DNA of 64,000 nt, taken from positions 22,714,534-22,778,533 of the forward strand of contig CM120644.1 in assembly GCA_051362555.1 (NCBI GenBank), written 5' to 3'. Below the pieces are notes generated by a model. The model saw only the letters and a list, made by a program, of their open reading frames with translations, was not told the DNA's origin and searched no databases. This document shows, piece by piece, positions 51,899 to 64,000 of the stretch (positions within the stretch are counted from its first letter, which is position 1; each line of letters begins with the position of its first letter). This stretch comes from Lingula anatina (Eukaryota; Animalia; Brachiopoda). The position numbers and the translations under genes are program-made.

Positions 51899-53783
51899 TT
51901 TATTTATTTATTTATTTTATTGCAATAGAAAAAAAGCAAGTACATAAATTTTACAAGCACACAATATTCATTATAATACCAAAGTCCACAAGGATTTAAC
52001 GTATAAAAAAAATAACCAATAACTTGTATACATGCAACTACACAAATCCATATATACCTATCCATTTCTGCCATATAACATTGAATGTATCTACGTCTTG
52101 AGATACAATGTATTTTTGCTTATAGGTTTTGTATATATTTTCTAAATAAAGTTGAAGTTTTGTGAGAAACAGTGCGTCTTTCTGACATTTTGTTTTGTAT
52201 ATGAAAAACTTAATGTGTATAGTCATAATTATATTGGATACATTACGTTCATTAATGTCAATTAAAATAAACGGTATATTACTGAAATTTAAATATATAT
52301 TACAAGAAATTAACCATGCTTCTACTTGGCGTAAGAAATTTTGTACAATATCGCAATCCCAAAGTATATGATACAACTGTATATAGTTTCTACCTCCTCG
52401 TGGCAAAATGTACACATAGGTGATTGAGATAGGCCAGTTTTATATACAAAGTTATTTGTGGTGAGGATTCTATAGAAAATTCGAAACTGGAACCACAGCA
52501 TTTTTGTGTCCTATACCGACACATTAGTTTTCTTATATATCTCTTCCCAAAAATTATGATCCCGAGGAGTAAGAATATTTGACCATTTTTCCTCAAAAAT
52601 ACGCCTAGCATTCGAGCTATTTAATATGTCGTACATATCTTTTGAGCCCCTTGTTTGTCTAACAATAACTCGTATACTTTCTGGTTACCACGGACCGTAC
52701 ATTTTGATTTTATGCGGATTGTCATATTTTCTGTATAGATCATTTATTGTTGCAATAATACCATTGTATTGTAAAAAAATGATTTTAATATTGGTGAGTT
52801 CAGAAAATTATTTTTATGAATATAGTCTACCTTTTTCATTGATAAGATCGTTCACTTGTCTATATCCTTTGTCATACATCTCTTTATGGAACATCGTCTC
52901 TTTATTTATCCTCAAAGAGTCATTGTACCATAATGGGACTTTATTCAACTCGGTCATTTGTTCTTTTTTTTTTCAACAATTCCCGCCAAGCTAAAAAAAA
53001 CATCCTTCCAAAATAAATTCTGTGTGCCTGTTTGACAGAAGCGCAAATATTCACAACCACAGTTTAGCACCAAGTCTAATTTATATCTATGCAAAATGAT
53101 ATTTTGCCAAATACCCTCCGTATTTATCAACCGTCTCACCCAAGTTAATTTTAATGCCATTATTGAAGCTTCTACGTTTATCATATTTAGTCCTCCATCT
53201 TTTATTTTTTTACATACTATTTCCCTTTTTACTTTATCCGGCTTACCTTTCCAAAGAAATCCAAAGATTAGCTTTTTTAGCTCCTTAATTATTTGGTTAG
53301 ATTGGTTAGGCAGTGAAATAATTCGTCTTTCCCATAGTTTAAAGGTATAATAACTCTTCGTTTCGGCAAAAAAATGAATTTTCCTGGAGTAAACAACAAT
53401 TTTCCCATACTTACCAATGGTTAATGAATCCATTTTTACATTCAAAGTTAGTCCCTGGTTTTTTTCTAAAAAGTTTGGTTTTTTGTTAAAATCTCTTAAG
53501 AAATTTTAACAGAGTATATATAGCCATCAATGGAGGTCACGTGGTCTAAAGACACGCTCAGATATCAGAATAATAGCTATAACTGCCGTTTTTGTGGTAA
53601 AACAAAATATATTATATTTCTATGAGCTATTCCCAATGTTTTTATTGTGAAATATAGATCTCATACGAAGAGTTATTATCCCTTTAAGTAATCGTTCAGT
53701 ACTTTCAATTTTTCCACGATAATTCCTTTCACATATAGTATCTAGGTCGACATAGAATTTAATGCCTAATAATTTAAAAGACG
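51899..53783 (-). mobile_element. 5'-truncated L1/Tx1-clade LINE fragment
   Basis: FKLLGIKF, LIFGFLWKGKPDKVKREIVCKKIKDGGLNM, LKLTWVRRL, HILWDC; (ttta)n tail at ~51900; the insertion is absent from the homologous site near 45195. Confidence 0.85.
53343..53683. mobile_element. Kolobok-like MITE with TTAA TSD inside the LINE
   Basis: ttaa|aggtataataactcttcgt ... acgaagagttattatccct|ttaa (18/19 TIR match). Removal rejoins the LINE frame (RLLK-LWERR). Confidence 0.88.
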
Positions 53784-54826
53784 TTGGTTTTGCAAGGTGT
53801 AAAATGAGCTATGCAGTGCTTTACAAATATGTTTAGTTGTGGCAGACATTGCGCCGGACGGAAAGGCCCGCGCTGTTTTATAGAGTAATGCCCAGACTGA
53901 TGTACCTACAGAAAGGCCACATCCAATGTATTGAAATCTTACCACCACGGTACAGGACCAACTGTCTTTCGGGATATACTGTTGCAACCAAACAAATCCA
54001 CCCAGTCCGCTCAGAATGAGAGGTGATTGCCACTAAAATGCATTTTTTTTCAAGGCCCTTGGTGAACACCAAACTGGTTTTAACAGGTTAGAATACCAGA
54101 CGACCTCCGAGGAACCCACTGTAAACAGCAAAACACCGTTGTATGTTTCTCCTTTCTCCTTTTCCTTGACAGTTTCTAGGTTGAGCACTGAAACCTCGTG
54201 GCTTTTTTATTGATATCAGATTTCACCTGTACCGATCAACTTGTCAAAACAGAATTTAAAGACATCCAGAGGAGGCCGAAGACGAAGCGTTTGCTGCGTC
54301 TAAAGTGACTGAGGTCATTAACAGCATCAGTATTTGGAGTGGATACCACATTGGTGCCAAAACACTAATGGTAGTCATCAACGAAAACCTGAACCAGATC
54401 AAATAAAGGAATAATCTGTGAACCACTTGACTATCATCTAATAGTGGGCACCTTAGGAACAATTTTAGGTTGCACTTGTCGTAAAAGGGAATTTGGATTT
54501 ACGGTTTGATAGTGCGTATGCCATGCACGGAATTAACAAACGAGGGCGGTATGATGTGGCATGCGGTATTTGCGGTAAGCGTGCCAAGTTTTAGGCCGCT
54601 CCGATGCCCGGCAGTATTTTATTTCGATTATTATGTTTAAATTTGTGGAATCCTGTTTCACATGCTTACTCTATTTTATTGTCTCTATGGAGGTATGTGG
54701 GGACTTTACGACATTCGGCTTGAAGGCTTTAACCACTTGTTATAGTTTATTTTTGCATTGTTTTGGATTAATGTGGCAGTCTAAGGTTGTTCTATGTGGT
54801 TTTCAAGTTTATGCACCCGTTTTTAA

Positions 54827-57800
54827 GAGATTGTCCACGAGAGAACCAGCCCAGGTTGGCAAGGTGGGGGTCAGCGGATTTCAACCAAATTTGTTGTATG
54901 GAGGCATATTAGGAAGTTATTCATGAGTTAGGAAGAATCCCAAAAATATCCTTTCTTCAGAGAAATATAGCCTATTATAAGTCATGGCTTATGTAGCCTC
55001 TTTGAGACTCCAATTTTACCTTGGAAAAATAATGATATATTTTGTGTAAATTAAACAAAAATGGAGAAAACTAAAAAATATTAGACCTTACAAACATTGA
55101 AAACAATCATTTGGCTTGCCACAGATATATGTAGAATTCAGATAAGACCCTGCTTGGGCGAGCCACACCCATTTATAACACCCCTCCCCCCAAAGTCCAA
55201 TGTTGATACTACCATCTTTAATTGCATATATCTCCATCTTCACAGGGTTTACAGCTATAAAACTGCACGAATATTTTAGGCAGATATGGATCACTCCAAA
55301 TCAAGTTTCAAAAGTTACTGCTGTATTAAAACAGGTACTGAAAAATACCCCCAAAGTTGGCCATTTTTAAGGCAAAAAATCATGGTGGATTCATTCAAGT
55401 CTATGTAGACAGTGGGTTTGATTAATTTATTAAACCATTTTGCTCTACAATGATGTTACTAAATTAATAGGGCTGGTGAGCATGGAAAGTGGATGTGTAC
55501 TAATAAATATCAGGTCAGTGGGTCGTAGGTCAAGGTCACTGGGCTTCATATTTGTAAATTGCCATATATGGACTTTTTAATTTGTATGGACAAAAAGTAC
55601 AGAGGAAATAAATCTTAGATTCTGTTACTTTGGATAGGCACTGGCAATTAACTTGAGAGTTAACATGATAATTTTAATATATATATTTTTTAATATCATC
55701 AATTTGGTGAATACAAATTAAAATCTTAGTTTAGTAGCGATTTCTTTTTGGTGCAATATTTATCATATAGAGATCAGGATATGCCATAGTATTTATGAGA
55801 GCAAAGCCAGAACAAATCTTTTTTAATTATCAAGAGTTTTTTTAATCATCCACACCCTTTTTGGTGACTATTTATGAGCATACAGTAACTTAAAAATTAT
55901 TCAATTTAGTTTATTAATGTCTCAGATGAATAATTACAAATAATAAAAAAACAACAAAATTATAATACAGCAATACATGCAAAGCAGTGCAACATTAGTT
56001 GTGATCATTACAAACTATATCATAATGTAGCAAAACAAGATAATTTTCTATTCAAAAAGCAAAACTAACACAACAACAAAATATATCCTGGTGTTATGAA
56101 ACATCTTTGCAGTTTTATATCAAACATTACAGCTCATAACATCAAAGTTTTTAATACATTCAAAAATAACTGCCGATTTTTTCTTCCTGAATAGTGTGTA
56201 ACCCTTTTTACTGACATTTCAATCTCATCTTCATGCTCACAAATGCTAGGTTCTGCTGGCCTATTTCTTGTGCCCTTCTAAACTCCTTCAGTAAAAACGT
56301 TAACTCCTTTACTTTATTTGAATATAGTTTCAAAGGTTTAGATGACTTTAAAGCTCATCCATTGTGTAACTCAGTGAGATATTCAAGAGGGCGGAGTTCT
56401 CTCACAGCTGATGTGCTTTAAGTTTTTCTTTAGTCAGATTGTTGGCCCACTAGACTTTAATTTGATCAAAAGCTGTTTTTTTGGCACATTTCTTAACTGT
56501 GGTCTAAAAAAAGGACCTTACAATTACTCTTCAGTCTTGGTAGCAAAAGATTTCAGAGAAGACTTCTCTGAACAAGAAAAAATTTCCTTGTTTGTGAACT
56601 TGCTTGGTATAGTCCCAGTTGGCACATTTGCCTCAGAAAAACCCAAATTAACTTTAACATCAGTATCACTCATGTTAAAACTGCTCAAGGAAGGGAGACA
56701 CCTTTTCTCATGTTGTAGGAATCAAGAAAGCTAAATTGTTGTAATTAGACACTCCATTCCACGCAGGTTTGGAAGATGTCTGTCTAGCTGGATGTAAAAA
56801 ATGGCTCCAAGTGCAGAAACTAGGGCCTCATGCATCTCCTCAGCATTTGTTATATTGTGGCTTTCATTTACATACATGCCTTTCTACAACAGCCATCATT
56901 TCCACACTAGCTAGTTTCAGTTTCTGCAAGGCTTTGGACTCTTTTGCTGACCATAAGATCACTGTGTGTCAAATAACACTTCTCAAATATGCCTGAAATA
57001 TAAATATAGCTTACTATAGACACATGAAAACACTTATCTGAAAGTTAATTGATACATTGATGAAAAATAAATTATTATCCCATTTGTCCATGTTTTATAA
57101 GTAAGGCATGGTTTCGAATATTAATTATGATGAGCCTAGCAATTTTGCCAAGACCAGCCCTAGCTTCAATCTAATTCCAATTGTTACCCTTAAATTTATT
57201 TTACCCAAGCACCATTAAACCTACATAAATACGGTACCCACACAAATATAGCTTAAAAGATAAAATTATCACAGGTCCTTAGGCTGCAATTTCATTATTT
57301 GAAAGGGGGCATTTTTCTTTTTAAAAAATAGACCGTTTACCATTAAAAAATTACACCTAGATCATTTTTCTGAGTGAACTTTTTTTCTGGCATTTAGCCT
57401 GTATTAAAATACAAACAAACCCGTTTCTTACCTGAACCAAGTGGCACCAGTACATTCAAATGGCTTTTTGTCTACACTGACAACTGCAAGTTAATCCCAT
57501 GACATATTTCGTTATAGGCTCGTTTTTCCCTGTGTGGATGGTTTCCAGCACAAACCAAGCCCATATCCCAGTGCTGGTCACATGGTGTAACCCATTCATT
57601 CTCCCAAAGATCCTTGGAAATGTCCAATTGCGGTCATCGGAGACAAAATAATCCACACCTGACAAGAATCAGTTTGCTTTCGTAACTCACGCTGTTTTGC
57701 TTCACGTAAACGCGACGAAGATGACTGTTAATATCTCTGTTGCAATTTTTCAATACACTACATGTTTTTTTTATATCTGTAGACAGAGTATAAACCACAT

Positions 57801-58610
57801 GATATACGACTTCGTTGAGGAAGATTTGCAAACAGCCTGCGATTTCCGCCATGTTGGATAATGACGTTGTGTTGTTCTGACGTTAGTACATTAGTTTCAC
57901 ATGATTTTAAAATGTGTTAGATGCTTGTTTTAACCAGAAAAAAATTAGAATAGGTAAAATGAAAATAAAAAGTTCAACTAACAGTGTTTTAAACCATTTG
58001 TTGACTTGAAAGAGATAGCTGAAGTTGAGTGCACCGATATATGTGTCCGGATATATTTACGAAAAATGAAGAAATTAGGTCATGTTCTATCTGTTACAAC
58101 GGACAAGTTGTAGAACAGCAGTAAGTTTTGATTTCATGTATAAATAGATAAATGAGTTATCTGTTAGTCCTGAACACGCTTTACCCCAAAGACCTGTGAA
58201 GATGAAGATATTGTCAAAAATAGAAGGGGGGTGTTAAAAGCATGTGGTTTGTAGGCCTGAGAAAAACGCTTGGTTTGTTACCATGGAAACAAAGAGAGTG
58301 AAAAAAGTGTATATCATTTTAATCCCCTATCTTTAGGTTATAAATATCACCAAACTAAATCATTTAGTGACACCTGTATAAACGTTAAGGCCAATCAATA
58401 TAACCCTGTTTTTCAGAAGAATTTTTGGTTGATAAACCCCCCAAATTGTCACTGGCCATATCTCTGTAAGTAGGGATTTTTTTCAGGAAATATCGCAGCC
58501 TCAGATATTGTTCATATAAAGGTTCAAACACACCAAATATGATGTAAATCCGTTCACCCCCACCTTGCCGCATTTTCTACATTTTGTCTGGTTTTCTCGT
58601 GGACACACAC
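54827..58610. mobile_element. TTAA-flanked DNA transposon (Sola3- or Kolobok-like) with a decayed minus-strand gene
   Basis: TTAA TSD; TIR tgtccacgagagaaccag / ctggttttctcgtggaca; empty site at 47465-47468. Internal frameshifted ORF starts at 57852. Confidence 0.8.
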
Positions 58611-59140
58611 TTAAAATCATTTAGTGATATTACGACAATCGTTTACTATCCAATCAAGATGACAGCCGAGCGTGACTTTGTTTTATGAAATGCAGAGTGT
58701 GTTTTAGGTATTAAAATCCAGAAATTGTAAGATTTGTATAGTTTAAGTGTTGAAGTTGAAAACAGAAATAATGGCAATGCATTTTTTTTCTTAAAATACT
58801 TGTAAAAGAAACGCGGCATGAATCCCAAAATCTATTTCCTCTGGGCCCGAAATGGTCCCAGTATGTCATCCGGAGGGCAGATAAGACAATGATATTAATT
58901 AGGAAGGCAGCATAGTTCCGTGTGTTTGAATTAACATTATTATTATGTTTCTGGCATAGTTCCTGTTGTCTCGCGAAACATTGATTTTAAATGTCCCTTT
59001 ATCCTTTAAGCACTATAAATTAATAGGTACTGTTCATTTGTTTCATTGTCTAGTTGTCAACAATAAAAATAAAAGTGATGTTACAGTCAATAAATAAAAC
59101 TGCACTGTTTGATACAATAAATAACCTTTTTTTTCACTAG

Positions 59141-59278
59141 GACAAGAGTACCTTGAATCCCGAATGTTCCCAGATTTTTATTCCCAAATTCAAGCTGAAA
59201 CTACTAGGCCCAAACCAGTGATAGAACAGGCGTCTCGGAAGAGGAATGACGAGGAAGATTATGACAAACTCAGTGAAG
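59141..59278 (+). CDS. Exon 3c (essentially identical to exon 3b)
   Basis: Same splice sites, 138 nt, open frame. Confidence 0.55.
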
Positions 59279-60669
59279 GTCAGTAAATATAGCATCTTGT
59301 CTGTCAACGTGGTCTAGTGTGAACTGATGTCTACCCCGGAGTTTTGGGTCTACTAGTTTGATGTTATACTGTATGGAATGTATGTCTACTTGACACAAAA
59401 GTCATTTGAAAACAAGTTGACTGAAAATGATCTAAATTTGACACATGCCTTAGCAAATGATTCGTAATTTTATTAGAATTATCTGTTCAAAAGGACCAAA
59501 GAAACGGTTATTACTACCATACCATCGTAAAATACCATACCGCTGTAAAATTTGCTTCTACTTCTCACTCACATCCCAGCTCCTGTTGCACAGAACTTAG
59601 AAAAAATATCAATAGGTGTCGCTTGCTCGTGCATGCGACTCTCTTCATTGTCTAGTTCTGCAATTTGAGTAATTTAAAAATGTTTGTATTACCACGAAAT
59701 AGTACAGCATTAAATTTACCTAGGATAAGACTTTGGCAATATGCCGTTTATATCTAGGAGATCATACTTGGAGAACACAATTAAGGAGTGAACTGTAACA
59801 GCCCGTATTTCGAGAAACGGAGAGTTAAGAAATTGGAGACTTCACGTACAACATTTAGTTACAGAGTGTCGTAAATTGTATATCTGGTCATTCTGTGTCC
59901 TTGGGATTTCTTTAAGTACTTAGTGTGAGTCGGGCACGAACCACGGAATCTACGGGTTGAGCTTTGCAAAAAAATATTTGAAAATGTAATGTCCTATTCC
60001 GGTTCAATCTTGAAGCTTTTCGCTTTATTAAATTTTAGAATTTAGGAACATTAAAAAAAATTATTTACCGTGTACCCCCAACTAAAAAAGTAATTAGCTA
60101 GCTCAACTTCATACACCCCTTACGTCAAAACTTCCAATTCAAGCTAACACAATAGTTAAAAGGTTAATATTCGATTTGTCCTAAAATAAGGGTGTCTCAT
60201 ATTTTTCTTAACTACTTTATATACCTGTATAACGTGACCAATTGCGTGAGGCTTACTCAATCGCATAAATGAGAGACTTTACCTTCGGACTGAGTTTTGT
60301 CGACGCCATTTATAATTATGGCTTCCAGAGTTATGTAAGAGTTAATAAATTGTATATGAATGAGGTACATAGCATTGGTACTATATGCAACGGCCACGTC
60401 TTTGTCATCCTAAAGAAAAGGCGAAATGTTAATATAAAATGTAACCTACAAGATCCATGTGCATGCATTCGAGTTTTGCATAGTAGCTTACAATTGGCAT
60501 GGCAATCATTTCAGTCGCATCATTTGACGTTGGGTGGCAGATCATCTCTACACTGGGGACCCACCCCTCCTTACCTATTGCAAATGATATACGTGCACAA
60601 AATGTTTTGAATTATATTGTTGAAGATATAAAGATGTTCGGAAGACGCGTATTTATTTATTTATTCATT

Positions 60670-61987
60670 CATGTCAATTCACAAGACAACGAGGGCAGAA
60701 GTAGTTTACATTTGGCAGCAGAGAATGGGTGCACAGAAGTTGTGACATGCCTAATTGACAAGGGGGCTGATATTAATTTACAAGACAACGAGGGCAGAAG
60801 TTGTTTACATTTAGCAGCAGAGAATGGCTGCACAGAAGTTGTCACATGCCTAATTGACAAGGGGGCTGATATCAATTTACAAGACAAGGAAGGTAGAAGT
60901 AGTATATATATGGCACTACAGGTGCTGAGCTATCAGATGAGGGAGATTGTGTTCCCAATGATGACAAAAATAAAATGCGGCGCATCATTCAACAGAAGGC
61001 AGACAGTTTGGCAGAGGATCACGACAGTCTCTGCGCGATAGCTATTTCTTGCACAGTCAATGAAAATGGGACTGGAGGGACCAGAGAGGTGCCTTATTTT
61101 GAGATAACTTGCAATGGCAAAGAGGGGAAGGTTTTCCCCACTCAACTCGAGGGATATGCCGTTCTTGTCAGGAAAGGCTCAGTCATTTTTCCTCTGGTGA
61201 TGAAAAACCCGGTGCAGTTGGTGGATCGAGTGAGCTATTTTTAGGTTGTCCTGTGTTAGGTTCAGCTGGCAAATGTGGAAGCCTTGGAGTGTTTACGAAT
61301 ATACCAGTAGAAAAGCCACGTGGCGCATTCAAACCCAGAAAGACCAAACCAAATTCCTTTTTAACTTGCTACCACGTCTGTGGAACCTATAAAGATAAGG
61401 TTGGCTCTCAGAATAGTACAGAATGGGCAATTGATATCCCCGTTTCCGTTAATGATAAGGAATGCGGTAGAGTATGCCATGGCTATTTTGATAATTTCTA
61501 CTGTGATGGAGAGCTATTTGGAATAGACGCAGCACTCGTTGGTCTTAGTGACCAGGCTTCAGCGAACTTAACTCACAAGCTTCCAAACCATCCAAACATT
61601 GGAAGCATCAAAACTCTGGATGTTTATAGATGCAACCGGAGAAAAGCCGATGTTCATATGTACGGGCTTGTAACAAGGTATTCAAAGGGAGAATTACACA
61701 GGAGTTCCTCATGTGTCCCAATCCGTTATGGTAAATGTGTGAAGACTTTCCATAGCATGATAGAGGTGAAGGGTTCCTATAATACAGAATTTAACGTGGA
61801 AGGAGATTCTGGTGCTGCTGCTTTTATTATAGAAAATGGCGTGCACTACATAATAGGATTGGTTGTTGCAAATATTACAAGAGAGAAGCCAGGTCATCCC
61901 AATGAAAACTTTGGTATCGTTTGCAACATAGGTCCTACGCTGAAGGCACTGTCTGCTGAGATTCATACTCCAATGGATGTTAAATAA
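60670..61987 (+). pseudogene. Exon 4c: ankyrin + trypsin-fold serine protease with intact triad (unit 3)
   Basis: Two near-identical 99-bp ANK repeats. His 61373 (LTCYHV), Asp 61526 (IDAAL) and Ser 61808 (GDSG) lie in one ORF (61109-61987). The 5' part and acceptor are deleted; frameshifts near 60920 and 61188. Confidence 0.85.
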
Positions 61988-63727
61988 GTAATTTTAACAC
62001 ATAACAGTAAGCTAAATCTTTTAGAATTGAGGAAATTGATGTACTACTTATTGTGTGGTGAACATAGTCAGCAAAACATTTTACAGTTAAAATATCCATC
62101 GCACCAAACTTAGAGATATTTCCACACAAATGAGTCGATGTGCATCAAGGTATCAACTTCAAGGAATAAGCCTATAAATGTAGGTGCTGTAGTAGCTTGT
62201 ACCCAGTACACCCACACTCTTCCTCCCGAAGTTTTCATAAATACTGTCTGTTTTGCAGATAATGCACTTAGTACAGGCTTGATATTTAATATGGAATATT
62301 TCAGTTTCGAAGGTATACCTGGGTAAAAACTCCGATCTCATATAAGATATGTTAATGGGGAAGACGTGTGTAGTCAGGTGTGTCGCTACCAATTAACTGA
62401 ATACCAGGTTTGTTGCGTCGCTGCATTCTGTAATATGCGATGTTTTATTTGGGTAGTGCTCCTTTGCGCAGGTCAAAGCTTGGCTTTTGCAAAGCATGGT
62501 TCTGTCAAAAAAGTATCCATATGTCGGCAACTACTGCAAAGAAGAATTTGAAATTTTGCATGCAAGTGGTCAGTTTTACAGTGTGTAAAATGAGCTATCA
62601 AGTGATTTACACGTGTTAATCTGTGGCAGAATGGCACGAAAAAGACAGACTTTGACAGACGTATAATTGTGCACAGTCTTATGGAGTTATGCCCAGACTG
62701 ATGTACCTACATAGAGGCCACATCCAATGTATTGAAATCTTACCACCAGGGTACAGGACCCACTGTCTTTCGGGATATACTGTTGCAACCAAACAAAACC
62801 ACCCAGTCCGTTCAGAATAAGGGGTAAATTACCGTCAAATTGCATTTTCCAAGGCCCTTAGCAAACACCAAATCTGGTTTAAGCAGGTTAGAATACCAGA
62901 AGACTCCCGAGGAACCCACAGTACACAGCAAAACATCGTTGTATGTTTCTCTAATGAATTGGGGACCTTGGCCGTTTCTGGTGTGAACACTGGCTTTCCA
63001 TATTGAGGTCAGATTCCACCTGTATCGCCAACAAAACAGAGTCAAAACAGAGTTTACAGACATCCATGGGAGGCCAACGACGAAGCGTTTGTCGCGTCTT
63101 AAGTGACTGAGGTCATTCACAGCGTCAGTACTTGGAGTGGATACCACGTTGGTGCCAAAACACTAATGGTAGTCATTGACGAAAACTGAACTAGATCAAA
63201 TAATGAAATGATCTGGGAACCACTTGACTATCATTTGATAGGAACAATTTTAGGCTGCACGATGAGATTGACGGTATACGCAGTGCAATTTTAATACCAT
63301 TTTACTTACAGACCAAAGGGTATGAGCAGCTACCTTGGTCATTAAAATTGCCATATTTGAACCACATAGACAATATGCGGGTAGGCCAGTACTCGCCGAA
63401 TCAATGGCATACATGGTGCCCTACAACAAAACAGGACCAAATTAGACAGATTTTGACCGATGCCTGGAATGTTATCCCAGGTTGAACTCTAGCAACCTAT
63501 CCAAGGAATGACTTGCCACTTCAGAGCGCTGGTAGTAGGCAGAAGAGGTCAGGCGTAACAGCGACCGTTACTGTGACTACACTAACATGAGGGTCTTTTG
63601 CGGAGCGTGTAAGTCTTTTACAGACAATAATTTTGATAAAATGGAGATCCAAAATATCTCTTTTAACCCTCATCCACAAGGAAACGGAACCCTACGTAAA
63701 CCCTGAAACCGGGCCTCAGGGGCCCGG

Positions 63728-64000
63728 TGTACCATGAAAATCTGACTCCCCCCAAAAAACATTCAAAAATCTAATTTAATTTGAGTAAATGACTATGATC
63801 TTGTAGTATGCATAATGGAGGACACATTGGCACTTTTTGTTAGTTTGCAGGTGAAAATTTTCATGAAAAAATTTTAAAAAATTAAAGATTTGTATTTTAC
63901 CACCCAAGGACTCCCCTATGAAAAAGCTATTTATTTGACATTTGATGACCATTTGAACATCTTTTCTTTGAGGATACTTTATGAGGAATATATTGAAAGT
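63728..64000. mobile_element. Left end of another Ginger1-like family A copy
   Basis: ccgg|tgtaccatgaaaatctgactcccc; runs off the window. Confidence 0.85.

Noticed and set aside
61180-61200. Programmed ribosomal frameshift at the T-run shared by units 2 and 3
   Set aside because: No canonical X XXY YYZ heptamer in frame, unit 1 is open here, and homopolymer indels are common mutations or assembly errors.

Overview
AT-rich, intron-containing eukaryotic DNA, most likely from an invertebrate animal (inference from the transposon families and the CARD gene). No rRNA, tRNA or CRISPR could be supported. Most of the window is transposon debris: a DIRS-like relic, two LINE fragments, a Tc1 relic, an ISL2EU/Harbinger-type element, a Gypsy LTR element, CCGG-targeting Ginger1-like elements and several TTAA/TTA MITEs. 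The host content is one plus-strand locus that only appears after splicing. Two CARD exons (18971-19102, 19366-19468) join in phase across a ~22 kb transposon-filled intron to a linker exon and a large ankyrin-repeat + trypsin-fold (His/Asp/GDSG) serine-protease exon. The linker + ANK-protease cassette is present three times in tandem (41827-44486, 47999-51186, 59141-61987) behind the single CARD; each copy carries some lesion in this assembly. Second highlight: the Gypsy element has a ComEA-like helix-hairpin-helix at the Gag N-terminus and a TatD-family nuclease next to its 3' LTR. All domain calls are by eye from motifs; no searches were run.
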